A stretch of DNA of 64,000 nt from Camelus dromedarius. Its lineage: Eukaryota. Below the pieces are notes generated by a model that worked only from the letters and a program-made list of their open reading frames with translations, did not search any database and was not told the DNA's origin. The DNA lies in the NCBI RefSeq assembly GCF_036321535.1, contig NC_087436.1, positions 32,676,001 through 32,740,000 on the forward strand, read 5' to 3'. Of this stretch, positions 13,771 to 26,555 are shown piece by piece (position 1 is the first letter of the stretch; each line of letters begins with the position of its first letter). The translations under genes were made by a program, and so were the position numbers.

Positions 13771-13859
13771 ATCCCAGCCTCCAGCCTCTTAAAAAACCAT
13801 GTCTTACTCAGTGTTTACATTATTATGATTATGTAAATATTACTCATATCTATAATTAC

Positions 13860-14275
13860 ATTTTATTTTATTTATAACTTTTAATAACAGCTTCACAGAG
13901 GTATAATACACAATACAATAAGGTACACATTAAACTAGGAAATTTGATAGGATTTGACACATGTTTACTTCCATGAAACCATCACCGCAATCAAGATAAT
14001 GATCATACCCATCAGCTTCAAAAGTTTCCTTGTGTCCCTTTATAATCTCTCCATACTGCCCATCACCTGATAGGCAACCACTGACAAACATTTTGTCATG
14101 TAGATTGCCTTGCAATTTCAGAAACTTTACATAATTGAATCATAGAGCATTAGTCTTTTTTTGTCTGACTTCTTTCACTTACCATATGAGAGTCATTTAT
14201 GTGGTTACAGATAACAATAGTTTACTTTTATTGCTGAATTGTATTCCATTGTATGGACGATTTTTTTTTCTGATA
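13860..14275 (-). mobile_element. Old L1ME-like 3' UTR fragment
   Basis: TTTTAATAACAGCTTCACAGAGGTATAAT...CATGAAACCATCACCGCAATCAAGATAATG...TATTCCATTGTATGG. Confidence 0.7.
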
Positions 14276-14333
14276 TCTGGTAAGTTTTGCCTGTCCATAA
14301 TTAAGAATGAGAGATTAGAGTTGACTGAAAGGT

Positions 14334-14337
<4 letters not shown>

Positions 14338-14376
<39 letters not shown>
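14338..14376. repeat. (TG)n microsatellite
   Basis: About 19 uninterrupted TG units, with a degenerate extension to ~14412. Confidence 0.95.
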
Positions 14377-14379
<3 letters not shown>

Positions 14380-15022
14380 TGGGGTGATGTGTGTATGTGT
14401 TTAAGTGTGTGTCTGCAGGGTGTGTTGACTGACTGCCTTCTCTGTTGGGAGCTTGCTGATCACAGTCAACTCTGAATACATGGATTTTTTTCTTTATTCA
14501 TGGTTAGTTTCCCCAGGTAGAAATCCTTTATCCTCTTGCCTAGGGTTATAAGGCTCACTGTCAGCATTCCAAGAGTCAAGTTTTGAGTTTGAAGAGGGGG
14601 TTGAGGATCTATTTAGTATCTAGAACTTCACTCACTATGGCAACGCTGCCCCCAGTCATACCCAAAGACTCCTAGTCCAAAATTTCTAAGGTGCAACCTT
14701 CTTAGTCTTTTGTTGGGGTGATGAAGGATATCTAATGGTTTAACTTCTTCTTACAGAGATGAATAACCAATCCTTCTATTTTCAGTCCCACCAGGACCTG
14801 AACTTCAGAGGTACCTTGGTAGACCCAATTCCTGAGACTTTTTATGGTTCTTCAAGGTTTGAAACTCATTTCTCTGCAAGAATTTAGTTTTCTCTTATCT
14901 TCTAAGTAAATTATTACAAGTCCATGTACTTCCCACTTTCCCATATGTAGTTGATATCTTTCTACTTTATCCTCTCCTGTTCTTTTTGCTCTGTAGGTAT
15001 GGAACTTAAAAAAGATCTTTTC

Positions 15023-15147
15023 TTTTTAAAAAAAAGTATTATTATTTTTTTAATTGAAGTACTGTCAGTTACAATGTGTCAATTTCTGGTGTACAGCACA
15101 ATGTCCCAGTCATGTATATACATACGTATATTCATTTTCCTATTCTA
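15023..15147 (-). mobile_element. Short L1 3' end insertion
   Basis: L1 3' terminus (TTAATTGAAGTAC...TACAATGTGTCAATTTCTGGTGTACAGC). TSD AAAAAAGATCT(T/C)TTC at 15008-15022 and 15148-15162. Confidence 0.8.
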
Positions 15148-17859
15148 AAAAAAGATCTCTTCAGTGTAATTTTAATGTGTTTTCAAGAGGGATCAGAGAT
15201 TAGTGAATGGTTGAGACATTATGTTCTCTTTTGTTTAACTTTTATTTAAACTGAAATGTAACAAATATACCTAAAAGTATATAAAAAAAATACAGTTGAC
15301 CGTTTTTCACAAAGTTACCAGTCAGGTTAAGAAACAGAGCATTGCCAATCCACTATAATACTCTCTCATGCTTGACACACTCATACTGTAAGAATCTTCT
15401 TCTCATCTCAATAATTTTAAGTTCAATGTACCCCAAATATTCTAAAACTTATTCTATGCTCTCCCTAGTGTGTCAATCGAAAAAAAGCCCCATTTTCTCT
15501 ACATTTTCTTGCTGTTTACTTTATGGAGAAAATATTCCTTATAATAGGTAATATTTAGTGCTGACGTACAGCAAGATATAACAAATCCTGCTGAGTAGGC
15601 TTTGCCTTAGCTAATAATTAGTTTAATGTTTTAAGGAACATTTGCATGCAGGTACAATCTGACTTTTTTAAAAAAGAAACTTCATCTAACACAGTAAACT
15701 GTTCCTCCCTTGAGGATATTCATTCTGTAAGACTAATCTAATTTTCCAATATTATTTCTTTTTCTGTGATTTTAGAAGGTCCTGGAGAAACACTGAAGTT
15801 AAACTGTGATATAGAGCCAGCATAAAATATGTTGAAAAGTAATATTTCTTGGTAATATCATTTATTCTCTACTTCCTAGAAGCCCAACAACCCACATAGT
15901 TTTCTGTGAACCAGAAAAGCTATAAATTTTACCAGCTGGTTTTAACTGAAAAGAACTATCAAAAAATTCCTCCTGTGGGCTCTATAAATGCTGAGATAGT
16001 AGACTGACACACTTGAAATATAGTAACTGTAGTTAGTCATGTTTTTTTCCCCTCTCCAACATGTCCTAATGATTTGTTATTCTACTCCATTTATAAATAG
16101 CCATGGAGCAGTCTCACTAAGGGAGAGGCCTGCTGTTTTTTCTTATGTAAAGTGTCAAGTGAGTTGAGTATTTTGGGGCACATAAATCTTTGTTTGGTGC
16201 CTAAGCAGAGAACAAGTTAATGATTTAGCATATGGAGGGTAAACTGGTTATCAAATTTTGTCTACATATAGCTGTTTTTCTCTTCTTCAGGAATTCAGTT
16301 GAAATTGATACCCTTTTTTGAATTTTATTCTCTATCAGTAATCTAAAGAAAAAGAGGAAAACAACCAGTACACTTAATTTTCCTTTCCGTGAACACGCAA
16401 CATTGGGAAATTTCTGCAATGCATGAGGCATCCTTCTATATGAGAAACAGGATGTTGGATGAAATCTCCAAAACCTTCTAGTTCCAGTACTTGCATTGTC
16501 ACATTCAATCTCCAGCAGTTTTGTGTTGCTTTTTTTTTTCCCGTGTAAGCGTTTTAGATTAGCTACTGAAATGGAACACTGAAAATGTAACCTCAGCAAA
16601 AACAATTTATACATGTTATACTGGAGATTCCTAAACTTGCTGAATATTAAGAGTCCTGTGGAATTTTTTTAACAGATTCCTGGGTCCTGCTCTCCGAGAA
16701 TCTAATTTTCCAACCGTTTTTGATAAAGCATTTGGTTTCTGCTCCTGTAAGAGTGTAGTTAACAGGCTCTTTCACTGTAGCTTCCCAGACTCTGAAGTTC
16801 AAAGACCATTTTCATTACATTGTTTCTCTATTCTACAGAGCAATAATTTTTAAGCACTAGCATTTTTTCAAGTAAGGAATTGGGGTAGCTAACTTGGGGG
16901 CATGAGGCTCAGTGAGAGAGAAGGGCAGGCTGGAGGGTGGAGGACACAGAATCCTTTGATACCAGATCTCTCAGCAGCCACTGGGAGGATGGAAGGCATC
17001 TATGAAGAAACGATTTCCCCTTTCTAACCATTTCCTCACTAAGTACACATGTGTGTACTCACTCATCCCTCATCTCAGGCAGCTGCTTGAGTGGTTCTGC
17101 CCAAACAGCTGGAAGCAACCCCGATAATCCATCAGCATGGCAACTCAGTATTCTCCCGAGGTCTGCTCTGTGAGACATAGGTTAACTCAAGTCCACTGGT
17201 TTAACTCATGACTCAGAGAAACATTTGAAAATATGGGGCTGAGGAAAGCACACCTGAAATAGGAGTCAGGAGACAAAAGTTCTAGTTCGGTTGTTTATTA
17301 CTAAAGTGACTTCCTTAATATCCCTGGACATTAGCTTTTTTGTTTATTCAAGGAAGGTTGCATTAGATGTTGTCTTGGGTCTCACTTAGATCTCAATCTA
17401 TTCTGAGAGGGCTGAGTCTGAGACAGGAAGCTGGTTTCTGATAAAAGTTCTAGTGCCTGCTGTTGTCAAGTAACTGTTGCCTAAACTCTTGATGAGATTC
17501 TTTCTCTTTAGAAGAAATCAGTGTTTTTGATAAGTCTGGCAACATTGCTTATTTCTGCTTATTGCTGAGTACTGGCATACCTTCTGTTTTCATACACTGT
17601 GGATTGGTCTTTTTATGTTGCAAAGTCTGAAATTAAAGAGGCTGGGATTTGGAGATGTGATATGAGTTGCAAATGAGTCACTGAATTCATACCTATTTGA
17701 ATAAGGATTGAAATTTCTCTTGGACAGTTGAACGATTTCCTCATGGGGTCTCAAGATTTTGTTTGAGTCTCTTTTATTTTAATATTGTAGTTATTAATAC
17801 AATTAGTATTCTAATGGATAGATTCATAAGCAAAAGCTTTTATTTTCAGGAACAATTAA

Positions 17860-18560
17860 TAGCTCAAACTCAATCTGCCCTAAACAAGCTGATCTTCCAC
17901 TCAAAATGCACTTCATTTCCTGGGTTTCCTAACATTTTTGAAAGAGATATCTTTGTAATCACCTCTAATTCCTCCTTCTGCTGTACCCTCCACATTTTAA
18001 TCGATGGCCAATTTTACCTGGTTCTATCTCTTAAGTGTCATTAGTTACATGAGCCTTACTTCCACTGACTCATTACTAGTTCCTTATACCATTGCAACAA
18101 CCTTCTCTCTATCTTTAATCTTTATCCACACCAATTCATTCCTTACTGTCACTAGGATAATCCTGCTAATGCACCATTCTGACGATATCTCTCTTATTTA
18201 AAAAATATTAATGACTTGGCATTATATGTAGGATGAAATCTAAGTTTTCTAGTGGAATTTTAAATTTTTTCTTGTTTGTAAATACTTAATATGCATACAT
18301 TTATGTGATCCCCTACTTTGGTTTATGTTATTCCTATAGCCTTAAACGCTGTTTCCTTACCCCATCCCTGTCTGGCAAAGCCCTATTCATCCTTTAAGGA
18401 CTAGCCCCAAAGTGTCCTCTATCATGAATCCTTACCCGAGCATTTTACACCCAAATAAATGCTCCTTGGTCTAAGCTCTTAGAGCAGATCTTATTGCTTT
18501 AATACTATACTGTTTTGTATTATCTTCATACCTATTTTTCTTTCAACATTAAGAGTTCTT
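17860..18560 (+). mobile_element. Degenerate L2 LINE
   Basis: Pyrimidine-rich L2-like motifs (CCTATTCATCCTTTAAGGACTAGC and others). Boundaries approximate. Confidence 0.45.
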
Positions 18561-19749
18561 AATAAGCATCAAGTAGTCTTCAACCCTTCACACTGATGCA
18601 AATTTTACAAGTATTGTGCATTTCTGGTAAAAGCAGATCTATTTTTTTACCAGGTTTCGAACGATTCAGTAACTCCAAATGATTGAGAAACATAATACTA
18701 TACTGTAAGCTCTTAGAGAGAAGAAATGTATTTTGCCAATTTACCTTCAACATAATCAATAAATAATTTCTCAACTGAATAAGAAGGTAAATGAATACTG
18801 CGTTTATAAACAGTTTAACTGAAGAATCCTCTAAATTCATATTCAGAAACATGTATTGGGTTGTTAAAACTTGCCCGTGTTTCTAAACATCTAGGATAAG
18901 GATGTTTGATATGAGTCACTTCTGTTTTACGAGAAGAGTTTGTTGTTGTTGTTACTTGTTTGGTTTTTGGCTAAGATCCCATGGGATATGAACTTAACTA
19001 GGATTTATCTGGTATATTGGGATATGATTATAAATCACTTCAGTTGACCTGAATATTTTTTTGGCCCCTGAATCAGGAGATAGTCTAGATTAATCTTTAA
19101 GTGGGGACCTAGGATCCAAGGCAGATTTAGATTCGAGTGTCTGCTGTGTGGTTTTGGGCTGAAAGTCGTCTTGGCCTTCTACCTTCCCCTTGCACTCATT
19201 CAATGCCATCCTGTTATTTTTTTACATTTAGATACACTCTCTCTTCTCATCAGCAAACCAATGAGGTGGCGCCCTCCCCAGAGGTAAACACCCTCTCTCT
19301 CAGTAGCAGCTTCTCCTCTATCTTCCTCTAGCCCTCTTTACAGGGGAACTTGGAGGAGAACCAGGCCTGAGGAACTTACGCGGAAGCAAGACATGGCTGG
19401 CAGTTTACCTGTTGGTTTTGCCGCTTCTTCTTGTCTTTGAAATTAGGGAGCAGGAATTATTTGCAGGTTTGGGGATGGTTTGCCAAGGACAGTGGGGAGT
19501 ATTTACAGATGAGGGAGAAAGTGTCACATACTCTGACTTATACTTCCTTTAAGCAGAGAGGGCTTCCTCTGGTGTATAGGCTCAAGCATACGTGATTACA
19601 GAGACAAGAACTGTTGAAAAATGCTTTTTCTTCTTTGTAGAATAACGCTTAATTTTCAATATTTACTTAAACTAGAGTTAATCTAAGGGTTTATAGTCTA
19701 TTTAGAAATAAAGTATGCTGAAGAGGAGGGCATTTGGAATTTATAGTTA

Positions 19750-19920
19750 TTCATACTTTTTCATACATATTATCTCATTTAATCCTGACAATAATTCTGT
19801 GAGGTATGTAGGGAAAATACGATTATTCTCACTAAAAAAATGAGAAGTGGAGCTCAGCAGAATAAATAACCAAGAATCAGAACTAAAATGCAAATCCCTA
19901 GTCCTGTGCTCTTTCAATCA
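19750..19920 (-). mobile_element. MIR SINE
   Basis: CATATTATCTCATTTAATCCTGACAATAATTCTGTGAGGTA...GAGCTCAG. Confidence 0.6.
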
Positions 19921-21698
19921 CATCATATAATAGCAATAACTATTTCTAACTCAGTTACAGCAGAGAACAATTTTTCCTGCAAAGTAAATGGCACAGGCAT
20001 TTTACACTGAGAGATCAGAAATACTTGTGTGTCCTTTGATAGCATGAATATAAATATTACTATAAAATACTCCCATTTAAAAATTATTTAAAAAATTCCA
20101 CATGCTCCTACACTAAAAGCTCTCATTATTTTGAGTGAAGCAGGCAAGCAACAAGAAGTTAGGGATATTTGTATGAAAGGTTTAGGGTGTTTCTCAAATT
20201 CTAAAGTACATCTAGTGTTGAGAAGCAATGGTGGAAAGGCAAGGTGAGAGGCAATCAGAGCAGGATGCTAAAGGCCTGGACCATGGCAGCAGCAGACAGT
20301 CACTTCTAGGAAATACTTAAAAGGATGTTGATCAGTTGAGTATTCAGAGAGAAGGAAAGAGAGTGGTCGATGCTGACACTATAGTTTCCAATCAGCTAAC
20401 AGAAGTGGCTGATCTTAGCAGTAAACTTATTTGATGGGATGGGAGTAGGATACAAAGACATTGGTAAGCCTGATTTTGGACATAGCATGGTAGTAGAGAT
20501 GTAGCTAACCATAGAATAATAGAGTAAGTCTGAGTGACTTGTTCTAAACCTTCTTCTGGTAGATTGACAATTATAATAATGACAATTAAAAAAAATTAAC
20601 ATTTGACAGTAAGATGTTTTCTTGTAAATATTAACTTAGATCCATTAAGTACTCTAAATGGAGTAAAATAGCAAGTGCTCTCCTCCTCCACCCTAGGTCG
20701 GATTTAAACTAAATATCGCTGAGAGGAGCAGAGGTAACCTTGAATGGTTTCTTTCCTAGAAAATATTATCACAGGGTACCTGTTCACATTTCCACTCTGA
20801 AGGAACTTAGCTTCCTGGACCATAATTATATTTGGCTTTCATGTGTAGATAGTGCAAATACTATTTTTATAGTACAATGGCCTCATTATGGAAGTTCTAT
20901 TATTATTTTTGTTCTTTCTGGGGGGCACAGGGTTAAATTCAGGCTGGGTGGGACCCTATGTGTATATTTTGTGGCTACAGACAAAGCAGTATAAGGAGTC
21001 TCCTTCTGCTCAGTTTCCAGGGTAGTTCTGGGAAATCAGACCATGAAGTTTGCCCCAGGAAATTGTTTCTTTGTGGCCAAGACCAGTGTTTACACATTCT
21101 CATTGAGGGAATCTTTAATAAGCTGTTCCATTTGCACAAAAATTGCCCAAAGAAGGTATTTTTACCCTCTTTTCTAAAACCTTGGCATTGTAAGAATGTA
21201 TTAAAACAGTGGCTCAATTGTGAGAGGTCATCCAGAGCTGAAGGTTTGAGGCTCCTTCTTAAGAATGTTGTACATTTAAGCATCTAAAATGACTTAATCC
21301 TGAAGATGTTGTGTCTTCCCCTCATTGGAGGGATGATCCCTTTTAATCTTTGGAGGAAAAAAAAGTAACACAATGTTTTAAAACTTCCCAGTGTTTTGGA
21401 TTTCAAAATAATTTATGAGGAAAGTATAGAAAGATAATTTAGCTCCATTTTACCAATGAGAAAGTCATGGTCTTGACCTGGAAAGGTTATAATACATTCT
21501 CAAGGTTCTGCAGGAAGTTAGCTGTCCAGCTGAAATTAGGACCCTGGAGAAAAATTTTTGGCTTCTTTTATCCCTCTACATAAGGAATTCTAAAATATTA
21601 GATCTTGTAGAAGTTTAATACCAATCTTGAAAAGGTCCAATAATATTTCAACAGATTTGGAATGGATGTAAAAGATAAGGAAGAAAAAAATTCTTCTT

Positions 21699-21800
21699 AA
21701 TAGGAAAACAAATATGTATATTCATGTATGACTGAAGCATTGGGCTGCACACCAGAAATTGTAAACTGACTACACTTCCAAACAAAAGTAAAAAAAAAAA
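21699..21800 (+). mobile_element. Short L1 3' end insertion
   Basis: TTCATGTATGACTGAAGCATTGGGCTGCACACCAGAAATTGTAAACTGACTACACTTC plus poly-A, flanked by an approximate TSD AAAAAA(T/A)TCTTCTT. Confidence 0.7.
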
Positions 21801-22994
21801 AATCTTCTTTGTGTTTAAAACAGGAATATGACATTATTTACTCAAGAGAGAAGCCCTAAATGGCCTGGCTACAGTGACTTTTTGTTTCTCCGTTGCCTCC
21901 ATTAATTTTTTCACTAATTGCTTTTCTCACATTTTTATTCTCCGTACTATTTTATGGCCCTTTGTAACATTTACTTAACTTGAGATCTTCCAAGTATATG
22001 GTTATATACCATAGGATGATAGGGATAAGATAAGGATGAGATGGATATAACTTTTCTCACTAGAGGTTGTCATATGGCAGGAGAGTTCAGTACTGGGAGA
22101 AGAGCGGAGAAGATATATTAGACAAACATTCATCTACAAAATGTTGGGAAAAGTTTCCTCTTCCAAGTCAGGTTTGGACTAGGACATTTCCTCTTTCTCC
22201 TGAGCTGATGAGAACTATGTGGTCCATAAAAATCTCTGTACTTTCTCCTCCTTGAAGTTATTTCAGACTCCAAATGTCCATGGCTACTGGGGAGGGTGGG
22301 TCCACTTATGAATAACATACATGATTGTACGTTTTTCATCATAATTAATGATAATTATATTTGCAACTTTTTTTCCATCTTTTTGTTGAAAAAAAGATTT
22401 GTAAGAGTTCAGTGATAATTTAGACTCATTGTCTATATAATGATCTCTGTTTTTGCACTGGCATCTGCAGTGAGAAATTTAGGAGAATGCGAGCTGTATG
22501 TTAAATTATTTACCTGGGGCCTTAGGATTGGGTATTTATTTAAATCCCGAACTAATATTTCTGGGTTTCCTGATAGAAATTAATTTTTCCCAATATGTCT
22601 CTTTTTCACCAAAGAGTAAAATGAAAGCTTAATAAGCTCTGTCTTCCTCCTGGATTGACATTAGACATCATAGTAGGATATTAGAGAGAAGTGGTGATTT
22701 TTGTCCTCCCTGTCATACGTTACTAACAGAATTTTCTTCCTGCACTGCATTGTGAGAGGGGCATGTGGTCCATTGATAGTTAGGTGATTTTCATTCATTC
22801 TCAGATCTCCTTCCTTTCTTCATTCTTTCCTTCTTATTGTCCTTCATCAACTATTAATTGAGCACACACCATGATCTAGGCATCTAAAATGTTTTTGAGC
22901 ACACAGTCTAAAATGCACACATTTCATTTGCATTATAAAACACAGAGATTCAAAGAGAAAAGATAAAACTAAATAGAAATAGAACTTCCTCTTC

Positions 22995-23085
22995 TTTTTT
23001 TTTTAAATGGAGGTACTGGGGATTGAATCTTGGACCTCATGCTTGCCAAGCATGCAATCTACCACTTGAGCTATACCCTCCCCCC
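22995..23085 (-). mobile_element. tRNA-derived SINE (camelid Vic-1 type)
   Basis: Minus strand reads GGGGAGGGTATAGCTCAAGTGGTAGA...GATTCAATCCCCAGTACCTCCATTTAAAAAA, with Pol III A and B boxes and an A tail. Same family as 62684-62862. Confidence 0.85.
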
Positions 23086-23130
23086 TTATTTTATTATTAT
23101 TATCATTATTATTATTATTATTATTATTAT
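23086..23130. repeat. (TTA)n microsatellite
   Basis: Read directly; abuts the SINE head. Confidence 0.85.
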
Positions 23131-24508
23131 TGAAATAGAAGCTCTAATGACTTCTTACACACATAAAATACAAGAACACAAGGGTAATGGGGTCCAAAAA
23201 AATAGTCCGTGGTAGCTCACTGAATTCCAAAAAGAGCCTGGGTTATGTGCATACTGTGGCTAATGAAAATATTACCCATGGTAGGCCCCCCAACTTGCTG
23301 ATATAATTTCCATCAAGGCTCATGGCAGTTTTATGTACACATTTATAAGGGGAGACTCCTAAATACTACTACTGTTCTATATCTAAGGAGCTAAAGTACT
23401 TTCAGGAAAGACTATTTAATCTTCTTGTGTTTGAAAAACATAAAATGAGGTGATGACTGGCAAATGAGAGTGAGCCTGTTTAATATGAAGATTATGACGT
23501 AAATTGACAAAAGCCCAGGCATTCCAAGTCCAAGTTGCTAGGCACCTTCTTCTTGCTCCCATCTGAGCATAATGATATATTGTCAGCCTTAGCTGAAGTA
23601 CAAAAGGGTTATTAGACCTTGAGTCCATCTGCTGCCCGTGCAAAGGAAACAATTGAACTAACACTGCCTGCTCTTTTTCTTGGTCTCTTGCCACCTTAAT
23701 TATAGTTCATCTGGACTGTGTGTGTACTTGCTGCCTTGAGTAGAACATTTTCCAGGACTGTGAGAAAGCAGAGTGAAAACTCAGGTAAGGGAATTGAAGC
23801 AGAGTCTGCAGTTAGAGCTTGGGGTAGGTGTTATCTGACAAGTCACGGAAGCAATCAAGCCAGCAGCACACGCTACCCACAATTCATGTCACCACGATGC
23901 CTGCTTTTGCCAAACTATTTTCACAGAGTTTTTTTTAATTCAACCTTGGTCCTGGTTTTTATTTTTAAATGTTTTATGAGTGTGCATATGTATTTTTTTT
24001 TTCTTGTCAAGACTGCTACATCAGGAGATACTTTCTTTTGAATGTTAGGAATGAGAGATGAACCGTCTTACCTTTCAGTTCTATTTACCTATCATTTTTT
24101 AGATCAGCAGTCAGCCCCCTGTTTTCTGCTGAGGTACACCTTGTGGTAGATATCTTCAGGCAAAATGACATGGGTATACCATGCAACTAAGTCTGTGACT
24201 TGGATAAGATAGACTCTGGTGACATGCATCTCTTGAGAGTTAGTGTAACTTTATCTCTTTCTGTACAGTTAATTTGCGACTCACTTAGGTTACTATACCG
24301 CAAATAAAAATTGCTGCTCTAAAAATATGCCAAGTAGCTGTAAAATGGTGACAAATACTTAAACTTTTCAAGGGAGATTTTATAAGTCTTTCCTTCTCTT
24401 CATAAATGCTCTCACTGTGTGCAGAGTGTCTTTTCCTTACTCTGTGCAACTAGGACTATTGAGAACCTTTGGACAATGTTTTGATTAAAACTAAATTTCT
24501 TCTGCATT

Positions 24509-25187
24509 GTAGAAAACAGTATGGAGATTCCTCAAAAGACTAGGAATAGACTTACCATATGACCCAGGAATCCTGCTCCTGGGCATATATCCAGAAGGAA
24601 CCCTACTTCAAAATGACACCTGCACCCCAATGTTCATAGCAGCACTATTTACAATAGCCAAGACATGGAAACAGCCTAAATGTCCATCAACAGATGACTG
24701 GATAAAGAAGATGTGGTATAGTTATACAATGGAATACTATTCAGCCATAAAAACTGACAACATAATGCCATTTGCAGCAACATGGATGTTCCTGGAGAAT
24801 GTCATTCTAAGTGAAGTAAGCCAGAAAGAGAAAGAAAAATACCATATGAGATTGCTCATATGTGGAATCTAAAAACAAACAAACAAACAAAACATAAACA
24901 CAAGACAGAAACAGACTCATAGACATAGAATACAAACTTGTGGTTGCCAAGGGTGTGAGGGGGTGGGAAGGGATAGACTGGGATTTCAAAATGTAGAACA
25001 GATAAACAAGATTATATTGTATAGCACAGGGAAATATATACAAGATCTTATGGTAGCTCACAGAGAAAAAAATGTGGCAATGAATTATATATGTATGTTC
25101 ATGTATAACTGAAAAATTGTGCTCTACACTGAAATTTGACACAACATTGTAAAATGATTATAAATCAATAAAAAAATGTTAAAAAAA
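24509..25187 (+). mobile_element. 5'-truncated young L1 (ORF2 C-terminus, complete 3' UTR and A tail)
   Basis: ORF 24630-24872 ([20 protein letters not shown]...) is near-identical to the end of ORF2 at 51180-51743. Ends TCAATAAAAAAATGTTAAAAAAA. Degenerate TSD AAATTT..CT(G/A)CATT. Confidence 0.92.
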
Positions 25188-26317
25188 TTTCTACATTAAC
25201 TGAACTGCCCCTTCCCTCCAGAGTATCAAATATGTTTTTTCAGGGTGGGGGGATGGTCTGATTTTGTGTCTTAGTTCCTTTAAATAAGCATGTAGTTGAG
25301 AAATGTGGACAAGCTATTTGCAATGAATATAGGTAAGAATACATTCTCTCTGCTCAGTGTTAGTGGGTGTAACTTTAATTATTTCTAAGTATAAAATTTT
25401 TTTAATTAGTAAATTTGTTGTTTATCTTAAGATGCATTTTTCCTCAAGAAAATTAGGAAATTTAACCTGAAATTAAAATTTGTCAATATCAATATTAACT
25501 GGATTGCTTATAATAACCAATGGTATATGATGGCTCTAGTCTGCTTTTGGTTTATAAGAATGCTATTTTATGGCTAGTGAGAGGACTGAAAAGATACAAT
25601 GGGAGTAAATTAGTAGTTCCCCACCCTGCTAAATCACAAGAATCATCCTCAGGTGATTTAGATCAGGGACAGACGATGGCAGGGAGTTTGTACTTTGATT
25701 TCCCCAGGTGATTCTGAAGATCAAACAGATTGGGAAACTGCGGGAGAGATGGTAATAGTTTTTTCTTCCTTCTCCTAGTTCTAAAATTCCTTGACTAATC
25801 TCTATTTATCACGTTCAAAATAATAGAAATTTAGAGCTAGAAAGTATCTTATAGCACATTTGGCCTGAACCCCTTATAAAAAATAAAGTATTTTTAGAAT
25901 TAATTTAAAACATTAAGAAAATGGGTATAGAAAAAGAAACTAAAAATCACTACCCCCTAAACTCACCAACTAGACATAATTATTATTTACACTTGTAAAA
26001 TTTTCCTTCCCTTTTCTTGAATATGTATTTTTAAAAATTGGAGCACACTATACATATTTATGTATATACACATGTATGTTTCTAACCTGCTATTTTCACT
26101 TAATATATGAGGGTACATTCTCCACGTCATTAGATGTTCTTCAAGGTTACACAGTCAATGGTTTGGCTTGAACATAATCATTTTAATGGTAATTTAGGTT
26201 ATTTGCCTTTCTTCCCCCTTTATTGTAAATGATGCTGAGATTAACACCCTGATTGAAAGTCATACATATTCTTGATTATTTTCTTAGGATAAATTCCCAG
26301 AAGAGGAAGCTCTGGAA

Positions 26318-26555
26318 GTATAGCATAATGGTTAGTTAGCAGTGTGGATGCTGAATCATATGCCTGGGTTTGTATCCAGGCTTTGCCAATTACTAGTTGT
26401 GTAAACTTGGGCAACTTTTAGTGTCTCCATTTCCTAATATTTAAATGGAGTTAATTATAGTACTAATGCATAGGATTTTTTGTGAGGAATAAATGAGCAA
26501 ATATACTTAAAACACTTAGTGTGTGGAACAGAGTAAGAGTTAAATATTAGCCATT
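26318..26555 (+). mobile_element. MIR SINE nested among L1ME-like fragments
   Basis: GTATAGCATAATGGTTAG...TGCCTGGGTTTGTATCCAGGCTTTGCCAATTACTAGTTGTGTAAACTTGGGCAA matches the MIR 5' region. Confidence 0.75.

Noticed and set aside
15776..15838. Exon-like segment translating GPGETLKLNC, reminiscent of an Ig V framework
   Set aside because: A stop follows within six codons, and there is no conserved Trp, second Cys or RSS. Chance similarity.
16225..16614. 129-aa minus-strand ORF (and ~100-aa ORFs at 20958-21287 and 23718-24041)
   Set aside because: No recognisable domain or supporting gene structure, and lengths are within the chance range for 64 kb.
22200..22240. CTGATGAG motifs here and on the minus strand near 1400, 19250 and 42110 as possible hammerhead cores or C boxes
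   Set aside because: No stem II followed by GAAA, and no convincing D box with a terminal stem.
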